Assembly: GCA_963547555.1 (NCBI GenBank)
Contig: CAUURR010000001.1
Span: 1-56,660 of the forward strand
DNA from: an uncultured Treponema sp.
GTDB lineage: Bacteria > Spirochaetota > Spirochaetia > Treponematales > Treponemataceae
Direction: 5' to 3'
DNA length: 56,660 nucleotides
How positions within the stretch are numbered: the stretch's first letter is position 1; the number at the start of each line of letters is the position of its first letter. Under the pieces are notes generated by a model. It was not told where the DNA came from, did not search any database, and saw only the letters and a list, made by a program, of their open reading frames with translations. This document shows, piece after piece, positions 49,861 through 56,660 of the stretch. A program made the translations under genes and the position numbers.

Positions 49861-50954
49861 AGCCGATTTTGCCGTCTTCCGTTTCGATTATCTCCGTCGA
49901 TAAAGCACCGCCCGGCAGTATAAAAGAAGGCAGCCGGGTTTTTGTACGTGTTTTGGCGCGGGAAGCGTCTGGCCGCTATACCGTTTCTTTTGCGGGGCAA
50001 AGGTTCAGTGTGGCTTCTCAACGTAATTTGGAAAAAGGCTCGTCATTCAGCGCTTCAGTCCGTGTTCGGCTGGGCCGGGTATTTTTGGTGCCTTTAGCCG
50101 AAGAAAAAACGTTTGCAAAAAAAGAGGCCGGTGTTACGCATTTTTCTTCATTTGCATCCGATAAAACGGGAACGCTTTCATCTCTTTTGCATGAATTGGG
50201 ACTTCCTGCGGACACGCTGTCTTTTCGACTGCTAAGTTTTTTTCAGGAAAACGCCGTACAATTCGATCGGCACTCTGCATTACGGGCACGCTCGCTTGCA
50301 AAGCGCTTTCCGGGACGTGAAGAAGCCGCTGCGGAAGCTTCGCTGTTGCTGACGGAAAAAGGCATATTGCCCGATGAAGCTTCCGTTGCCGAAATACTGG
50401 CATTATGGTACGGAGAATATACCGGAGAAAAAAACAACGACGGCACGCAGGAAAAAGAACCCGAACAATTCATCAGCCGAAAAGAAGATACGCCTTCTTT
50501 GATTGAATCGCTGTATACGGATGCGGATCACTGTCTTTCGTTGCCTGCCGGTCTTTTATCGTTTTTAAATCAATATAAAACGGGAGAAAGACATTGGGTG
50601 TTTCTTCCGTTTGATTATAAATGTGGTGATTTTATATCTAATGGAGTTATTAGACTTCTTTTTGACCTTGGACAAAAACGAACGGAAAAAATCATAATTT
50701 CGGCCTTTTCGACTGTAAAAGATTACTTTTTTGTGGTATACTTCAAACGGTTATCTATAGGCTCCGGGGAAAGAGCTGCGGATTTGGATTTTTGTATCAA
50801 TCCTTCGCCGTCGGTGTTGTGCATCAAAGATTTTGAACGGCTTTTACAAGCGGTTCTTCCTCAGGGGTGCAATGTTCGGTACAAGCCGAATCTTTTTGGC
50901 ACGGACGGTCTTGTCAACCGGTGTTTTTTTTCCCGTGTCGAGGCGGAAGCATGA
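49857..50954 (+). CDS. Hypothetical protein (position suggests FliK/YlqG-like)
   Basis: GTGA/ATGA overlaps on both sides; precedes FlhB-like gene; family not directly recognised. Confidence 0.7.
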   Translation: MKPILPSSVSIISVDKAPPGSIKEGSRVFVRVLAREASGRYTVSFAGQRFSVASQRNLEKGSSFSASVRVRLGRVFLVPLAEEKTFAKKEAGVTHFSSFASDKTGTLSSLLHELGLPADTLSFRLLSFFQENAVQFDRHSALRARSLAKRFPGREEAAAEASLLLTEKGILPDEASVAEILALWYGEYTGEKNNDGTQEKEPEQFISRKEDTPSLIESLYTDADHCLSLPAGLLSFLNQYKTGERHWVFLPFDYKCGDFISNGVIRLLFDLGQKRTEKIIISAFSTVKDYFFVVYFKRLSIGSGERAADLDFCINPSPSVLCIKDFERLLQAVLPQGCNVRYKPNLFGTDGLVNRCFFSRVEAEA

Positions 50955-51226
50955 AAAGCGATATGAAGGTACATAAAAAAGCAGCTGCTCTGTGCTATCC
51001 TGAAGGTTTTCCCGCCCCCTTTATATTGTGTAAGGGAACGGGACGCCTCGCCGAACGGATGACCGAGCTTGCAGAACGGTTTAAAGTACCCGTCGTATTT
51101 AAACCGGAGGCTGTGCAAATACTTTCTTTGCAGGAAGCCGGAACGTATATTCCTCCGGAAACCTATGACATTTTTGCCGCCATATTTGCGTTTTTAAAAG
51201 AGGTCGAGACATATGCAAAAAATTAA
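50951..51226 (+). CDS. FlhB C-terminal-like (EscU/YscU/HrcU family) stand-alone protein
   Basis: AAALCY...AP...KGTGRLAERM...VPV...IPPETYDIFA. Confidence 0.85.
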   Translation: MKSDMKVHKKAAALCYPEGFPAPFILCKGTGRLAERMTELAERFKVPVVFKPEAVQILSLQEAGTYIPPETYDIFAAIFAFLKEVETYAKN

Positions 51227-52424
51227 CCGCGAGGCTCTAAAAGAAGGGATGTGTTTTTCCGCTCCCGTTTTTTTTGATGACGGAGTCAATATGTTCTTAG
51301 CGGAAAAGAAACCTCTGACCAAATTTCATTTGAATGTTCTTTCACGGTGGAATGTGCTGTTCGTTATGACTTACGGCAAAGATATGTCTTCATCCGCGCC
51401 TGCCGATGATGCATCCGAATCGGTTGAAGAGCTTGAAGAATTGGAAGAACTTGAAGAGGTGTGCGGTCCGTCTTTTTCTCTTTTAGCTTCGGTTAAAAAA
51501 AGTTTAACCGCTTCGCAATTATGGCAATGCTATACGATGGCCATGAAAAATATGGAGTGTGCCTACGAAAGCTATAGAGATCAGGCGGCAATAGATAAGG
51601 CTGTACTTGATCAGAGTGTCAATTTAATATACCGGCTTGTAAAAGACGATAAAAATTTTGCACTGCATTGTGTGTTTTGTAAATTCGATACGGCCGCCTA
51701 TTATCCGGCTTCAACGGTCAATACGACTATTTTGGCAGCCGCCCTTGCCCTTGATTCGGGGTTTCCCGAACGTACCGTTACGGATCTTATTACGGCGGGA
51801 TTGTTGCGTGATTTGGAAATATTTAAAATTCCCGAAGCCGTTATTGCAAAAAAGGATACTTTGAGTGCCGCCGAGCTTGAAGGTTTTAAAGTCTTTCCGC
51901 AAAAAATAGCAAAATATGCTTCCGATGTATTGGGATATCCGCAGCAGGTTCTTACGATTATTTTGCAGAGCCATGAAAATTGGGACGGAAGCGGTTATCC
52001 TGCGGGGCGTAAGGGTGAAAATATAGACCCGAGTGCGCATATTTTGAGTGTCTGCAGTGCCTTTTATACAATGATTTCAACAAAACCGCACGGGCAGGAC
52101 TTGATTGCTTATGATGCCATAAAAGCTTTACTGGATGCAAAAGAAAAACTTTTCGGTCCGAATTCACTGAAAGCGTTTATACGTACGGTGGGCTTGTATC
52201 CGCCGGGAACCTTTGTTTTGCTTAAGGACGGACGTATTGCTCAGGTTGTTGCCAACAACCCCGATTATCCTTTCGGCCCTGAGGTTCGTATATTTTCTAC
52301 CGATGCAACGGGACGGCTTACCGATCCGGATATTACCAAGGTGCCTGTTACTGATTTAAATGCGGATAAATCCGTTTTTATTATTAAAGCCGTTAATTGC
52401 GAGTGTCCGAACGCGGTGCATTGA
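51213..52424 (+). CDS. HD-GYP domain protein with degenerate HD motif
   Basis: AGLLRD (RD instead of HD), HENWDGSGYP, GLYPPGTFV. Confidence 0.85.
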   Translation: MQKINREALKEGMCFSAPVFFDDGVNMFLAEKKPLTKFHLNVLSRWNVLFVMTYGKDMSSSAPADDASESVEELEELEELEEVCGPSFSLLASVKKSLTASQLWQCYTMAMKNMECAYESYRDQAAIDKAVLDQSVNLIYRLVKDDKNFALHCVFCKFDTAAYYPASTVNTTILAAALALDSGFPERTVTDLITAGLLRDLEIFKIPEAVIAKKDTLSAAELEGFKVFPQKIAKYASDVLGYPQQVLTIILQSHENWDGSGYPAGRKGENIDPSAHILSVCSAFYTMISTKPHGQDLIAYDAIKALLDAKEKLFGPNSLKAFIRTVGLYPPGTFVLLKDGRIAQVVANNPDYPFGPEVRIFSTDATGRLTDPDITKVPVTDLNADKSVFIIKAVNCECPNAVH

Positions 52425-52439
52425 CGGAGGAGTCATCGT

Positions 52440-52832
52440 ATGAGTGAGGCTTTGGTTGAACAAGGCCCTCAAAATAATGCAAATACGGGAAAAAAAGGAG
52501 AAGCGAAGGCTGAAGCGTATTTAACGGATGAGGGGTATACGATTATATGCCGTAATTGGCGTACCCGTTCGGGTGAAATCGATATTATAGCGGAAAAAGA
52601 CGGAGTTTTGGTATTTTGCGAAGTCAAAACCCTGCCGCATTCCCCTCAGGATACTTTGGAATATGTCCTAAGCAAAAGAAAACAGCGAAAAATTATCGAA
52701 ACGGCTAAATGTTTTTTACTGGATAATCGACAATATAGTAACAGCTATATCAGATTTGATGTACTTGTTATTGATGTGCCCCGCTATTCTCCGGTATATC
52801 ATATACAAAATGCCTTTTCGGAGTTTATATGA
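52440..52832 (+). CDS. yraN: YraN/UPF0102 family nuclease-like protein
   Basis: GKKGE, RNWR..GEIDII, FCEVK, RFDV. Confidence 0.92.
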   Translation: MSEALVEQGPQNNANTGKKGEAKAEAYLTDEGYTIICRNWRTRSGEIDIIAEKDGVLVFCEVKTLPHSPQDTLEYVLSKRKQRKIIETAKCFLLDNRQYSNSYIRFDVLVIDVPRYSPVYHIQNAFSEFI

Positions 52833-53005
52833 CTGTTTCTGTAAAAGAAGTTCCGGTGGAAACCGCATCCGCGAAAATAATGGAAATCCGCCGGAAAATT
52901 ACGGATCATTCCTATGTTGATAATGCCGTGCAGCGTATTGCTGCCGTACTGAGTCGGGAAATAACGGGTCAGCCTTACCGTTCTAAAGAAGTGGTATATG
53001 GATAA
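52829..53005 (+). CDS. Small protein (58 aa, not in ORF track), FlgM C-terminal-like pattern
   Basis: MTVSVKEVPVETASAKIMEIRRKITDHSYVDNAVQRIAAVLSREITGQPYRSKEVVYG; ATGA overlap with yraN and 8-nt overlap with the next gene. Confidence 0.7.
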   Translation: MTVSVKEVPVETASAKIMEIRRKITDHSYVDNAVQRIAAVLSREITGQPYRSKEVVYG

Positions 53006-53435
53006 CAATAAACAGGGGAAACACGGAAAAAGAAGATGGAATCATCCCCGAAAAGAAAACTCATCGCATGGGACAGATCCGTCTTCATTCCATCGCAAGG
53101 GGGGGGAACCTCGTGTGCAAATGCCGGCATTTGATCCGGTTGAATGTGCATTTTGCGGTCAACCCGTGACGGATTTTGCTTCCGCGCTTGCCCATAATGA
53201 AAGCGGAGAGCCGGTACATTTTGACTGTGTTTTATCGCATTTGACTGAACGCGAACATTTAACCGAAGGACAAAGTATTTCGTATATAGGGCAGGGACGG
53301 TTTGCGGTTATTCGGATGCAAAATCCGTTGAACGGTTTACGGTTTGCTATAGAAAGAGTTATAGAATGGGAAAACCGCGATAAAAAATATGAATGGCGCT
53401 CAGCTATAGCGGATGTATATACATCTATAAAATAG
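52998..53435 (+). CDS. Hypothetical protein with CxxC...HxxC motif
   Basis: Basic disordered N-terminus; CAFC and HFDC. Confidence 0.75.
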   Translation: MDNNKQGKHGKRRWNHPRKENSSHGTDPSSFHRKGGEPRVQMPAFDPVECAFCGQPVTDFASALAHNESGEPVHFDCVLSHLTEREHLTEGQSISYIGQGRFAVIRMQNPLNGLRFAIERVIEWENRDKKYEWRSAIADVYTSIK

Positions 53436-53439
53436 GATT

Positions 53440-55533
53440 ATGAAAACACTCGGAAAGCGATATCTGTGTTTTTTTATTTTTTTCGGTTTTTCTCTGTTTT
53501 TTGTACAGGTAAAACCGCTTTATGCACAAACCGATCCCGTATTCGGACAAGCGGATCCGGCTGTTTTTTCCTTGCGCTTTTTAAAACCTTCAAAAGTTAC
53601 AACGCTTAATGTTCAATGGGATGTATATTTTGATACGCTTTTTACAACTTTGATTGAAGCCGAAAACCTTCCCCGAGCATATCGGATTGCCGTACCTTCA
53701 AACTGGAATAAGCCGTATTCCGATTTTAAGGGCGAAAAAACCGAGTACGGTTATGCAACGTTCCGCCTTATGCTTACGGACTTGATACCCGGAGGGCGTT
53801 ATGCACTGTATATAAAGCAAAGTCCCTCATCGGCGTGTGCGCTTTATGCCGACGGCGAACTTATTTTTACTGCGGGAAAGGTTGCCCCTGTTCCCGAAAA
53901 GGCACGCCCGGCATATAAACCCGTATATGCGGAATTTACCGCATCGCAGGGCGGTTATGTTGAACTTGTAATGCAAATATCAAACTGGAATTACCGTAAA
54001 GGCGGTTTTTGGTCGCCGATGTACTTCGGCGAGCAGGATGCGATATACCGTTACTACAACAACAGTGCGGGCATTACTTTTTTTATTTGTGCAATGCTCC
54101 TCTTTTTAAGTTTTGTCAGCTTAAACATCTTTATATTGAATACCAAAAAAATCAGTGCCTTATATTTTACCCTGTTTTTACTTTCATTGACTGTACGCAT
54201 GATTATAAAAAGTTTTAATTTGCCCGCTCTTATTTTCGATGATTTTTCATATTCGGCCTTATTTAAATTGGAGTATGCGGTTTTATGGGTAGGGCCGCCG
54301 GCGTTTTTGTATTTTTTGTTTTCAATATTTCCGTGGCTTATAAAATACCGCCGTTTAAAACGCATATATGCCGTTATGCAGGCGGTTTTAATGTGTATAG
54401 GTATTATTTTGCCTATTTCCGTTTCAAACAGGCTGGTTCCTCTTTACGAAGCCGGTACCGTAATCGGAATGCTTTTTTGTGCGGTTATTCTTGTAGCGGC
54501 GTTAATGCGCAGAGAAAAGAGAATCCTGTTTTATCTTTCATCCGTAGTGATTGTCGGTTTGGCAATAATACACGAAATCGTACATTTTGCGATTTTCGGA
54601 GCGCTGATATTCAGTCCCGTTCCTTTTTCGTTTTTGGTTTTAGCGATAATACAATTCTTTGCGCTCGCTTTTGAAGAAAACATGCTTTTTTCCGATAGGG
54701 TTATGTTGATTCACAGACTGAAAAAATTGAACGATGCCTATATACGTTTTGTACCCAGAGAATTTTTAAATTTATTGCATAAGGATAATATTGTCGATGT
54801 CGCTTTAGGCGATTATGTTGAGCGTGAATTGAGTATCGTATTTGCGCAAATTTATATTTTAGCCCCCGATGAGGAAATAACCCTCGAAGATCAATATGAA
54901 GTATTTAACTCTTTTTCCATGATTGTTTCGTTGGTTATGCCCCAATATAAAGGATTTGTAAACAAATTTATCAGCAGGGGAATCATAGCATTGTTTCCCG
55001 AAGGTGCCAAAAGCGCTGTTGAATGTTGTTTGGAAATTCAGGATAAAATTATGAAATTTAATGCAATCCGCAATGCGGCGGGCAGGGCACCGGCTGCCGC
55101 GGCTATGGGGATTCATTACGGCAATATGATTTTGGGGACGATAGGCGAAGAATCCCGATTGGACGATACCGTTATTTCCGATGCGGTAAATACGGCTTCG
55201 CGTATAGAAAATGTTTCTCAAAAGTTAAATTATCAGGTACTTATTTCCCGCGAAGCTGTCGAAGCAAGCGGTTTGGCCGACAGTACGGATGTAGCCTTTA
55301 TTCCCTTGGGAAATATTCGCGTCAAGGGAAGGGTGCAGCTTGTTTCTTTGTTCAGTTGTCTGCCGCTTGACAGAATTCGTACGGAACTTTCTTTGTCCGC
55401 CGATTCCGCACGGGAAATTGACGAAATGCGGGGAATCGATAAAATCCGGGAAATTGAAGGTATCGAAAAAATTGAAGAACGTGTGGAACTCGATGAAATC
55501 GAAGAAATAAAGGAGTTGTCGGATGAAGTTTAA
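53440..55533 (+). CDS. 7TM-DISM sensor class III nucleotide cyclase-like protein lacking metal-binding aspartates
   Basis: Signal peptide, extracellular domain, ~7 TM, RFVPREFL, GIHYG, DAVNTASRIE, VKGR. Confidence 0.88.
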   Translation: MKTLGKRYLCFFIFFGFSLFFVQVKPLYAQTDPVFGQADPAVFSLRFLKPSKVTTLNVQWDVYFDTLFTTLIEAENLPRAYRIAVPSNWNKPYSDFKGEKTEYGYATFRLMLTDLIPGGRYALYIKQSPSSACALYADGELIFTAGKVAPVPEKARPAYKPVYAEFTASQGGYVELVMQISNWNYRKGGFWSPMYFGEQDAIYRYYNNSAGITFFICAMLLFLSFVSLNIFILNTKKISALYFTLFLLSLTVRMIIKSFNLPALIFDDFSYSALFKLEYAVLWVGPPAFLYFLFSIFPWLIKYRRLKRIYAVMQAVLMCIGIILPISVSNRLVPLYEAGTVIGMLFCAVILVAALMRREKRILFYLSSVVIVGLAIIHEIVHFAIFGALIFSPVPFSFLVLAIIQFFALAFEENMLFSDRVMLIHRLKKLNDAYIRFVPREFLNLLHKDNIVDVALGDYVERELSIVFAQIYILAPDEEITLEDQYEVFNSFSMIVSLVMPQYKGFVNKFISRGIIALFPEGAKSAVECCLEIQDKIMKFNAIRNAAGRAPAAAAMGIHYGNMILGTIGEESRLDDTVISDAVNTASRIENVSQKLNYQVLISREAVEASGLADSTDVAFIPLGNIRVKGRVQLVSLFSCLPLDRIRTELSLSADSAREIDEMRGIDKIREIEGIEKIEERVELDEIEEIKELSDEV

Positions 55534-56660
55534 TAAATCCCGCTCTCTGTTTATTATCTCCGTTGTTTCGCTTTTGGTTATTGTTGCTTATGTCAGCTCT
55601 CAGCCCTTTGTTTCTACAACAGTGCCTGCACCTTCCGTTTTGAACGAAGGCAAAATGCGGGTTGAAAATCCCGAAGCGTTGGAGGATGCTTTTTTTGAAC
55701 TTTCCGGTTTATGGGATTTTTATTGGGCCCGTTTTATAGAACCGCAGACTTTTTATCATCCCCGTACGGCAGTGCCGGTTTTCGATACCGTTCCCGATGC
55801 CTATATTACCGCTCCTTCCGTGTGGAATACGATTATAGATACTCCCGCCGCAAAAAACGGCAAGGGGGCGGCAACCTACCATTTGCGTATTGAAAACTTA
55901 AAGCCGAACTTCCGCTATGCATTTTTTATGTTCAACAAGGTTATTACGGCTGCAAATTTGTACTGCAACGGTAAACTTGTTTTTTCTCAAGGGTATGCCT
56001 CCGAAAGATATACCGAAACCGTTTCCCGGCGTTCGATGAATATTGCGGTTCTTGAATCCGATTCCGCCGGAATTATCGATTTGGTTTTTCATATTTCAAA
56101 CAACGCGTATCGTAAAGGCGGCATGAACGGAGTTCTTAAACTTACCGAAGAAAAGCATTTGAGGCGCTGGTTTACTTTGAAGTTCAATTACAGCTTTTTT
56201 TATGCCGGAGCGCTTCTGAGTGTTATCATTTATCATTTATCCCTATTTTTACTCAGAAAATATGACTGGACAAGTTTTTATTTTTCGCTTTTTTCTTTTG
56301 CGATTTTAATCCGCGGCATTACCGCCGATTTTTCACTTGTTCTTTTTTATCTTCCCGATATGCCTTACGGCATTGATATGAAGCTGGAGTATACAGTCAT
56401 GTTTATGGCGCCTCTGTTTTTTATGCTTCATTTATCTTTGTTGTATGATATAGATTTTAAGGTTAATACGCCAAAAAGCGTTATTGCAAAGAGCATTGTG
56501 TATGCGGGTTCCGTTTTGGGTTTGGCGATATGGATTTTGCCTGTAAGACTTGCAAATATGCTGGTGATACCGTCTTTATGCTACTTCTTTTTAAGCTTTA
56601 TTGTGATACTTATTATATTGTTTATCGAATTATCCCAAACGACTATTGAAATCTTCTTTT
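55523..56660 (+). CDS. Second 7TM-DISM paralog, truncated by the window edge
   Basis: AAGGAG SD; MKFNKSRS...LSGLWDFYW...GAATYHLRI...HISNNAYRKGG...KLEY aligns with the preceding gene. Confidence 0.85.
   Translation, partial: MKFNKSRSLFIISVVSLLVIVAYVSSQPFVSTTVPAPSVLNEGKMRVENPEALEDAFFELSGLWDFYWARFIEPQTFYHPRTAVPVFDTVPDAYITAPSVWNTIIDTPAAKNGKGAATYHLRIENLKPNFRYAFFMFNKVITAANLYCNGKLVFSQGYASERYTETVSRRSMNIAVLESDSAGIIDLVFHISNNAYRKGGMNGVLKLTEEKHLRRWFTLKFNYSFFYAGALLSVIIYHLSLFLLRKYDWTSFYFSLFSFAILIRGITADFSLVLFYLPDMPYGIDMKLEYTVMFMAPLFFMLHLSLLYDIDFKVNTPKSVIAKSIVYAGSVLGLAIWILPVRLANMLVIPSLCYFFLSFIVILIILFIELSQTTIEIFF

Overview
Bacterial chromosomal DNA, most likely from an oral Treponema (spirochete). This is inferred from the gene order tuf-rpsJ with no fusA upstream, secY directly followed by rpmJ, no rpsD in the alpha cluster, and spirochete-type lipoboxes. 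The left third holds gpmA, an internally deleted MCP pseudogene, and the tuf-S10-spc-alpha ribosomal superoperon, which ends in an unannotated 60-aa basic zinc-finger gene. A liv branched-chain amino acid ABC operon follows, then a small accessory patch: a (CGATACC)9 repeat, a BspA-type LRR lipoprotein with an exact 382-bp internal duplication, a stand-alone GIY-YIG nuclease and a probably sigma54-driven hsp20. The right half is housekeeping and signalling: tkt, lgt, MinD-like ATPase, TrmJ-like methylase, an HTH-less sigma54 activator, rsmE, ctpA, a STAS protein, murA, pepT, an Rpn nuclease, murD, ispH, a FlhB-like/HD-GYP/YraN cluster and two tandem 7TM-DISM paralogs. Best leads: (1) a repeat-controlled leader ORF coupled to the LRR lipoprotein; (2) a candidate lineage-specific ribosomal protein; (3) a 'C2-only' adenylate cyclase that may need its neighbour as a heterodimer partner; (4) a ~320-nt structured RNA upstream of tuf; (5) an orphan DnaA-box cluster; (6) an internal antitoxin-like start in the Rpn gene; (7) a missed FlgM-like small ORF; (8) several apparently leaderless genes. 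No rRNA, tRNA or CRISPR array was seen. All calls are by eye, without database searches.
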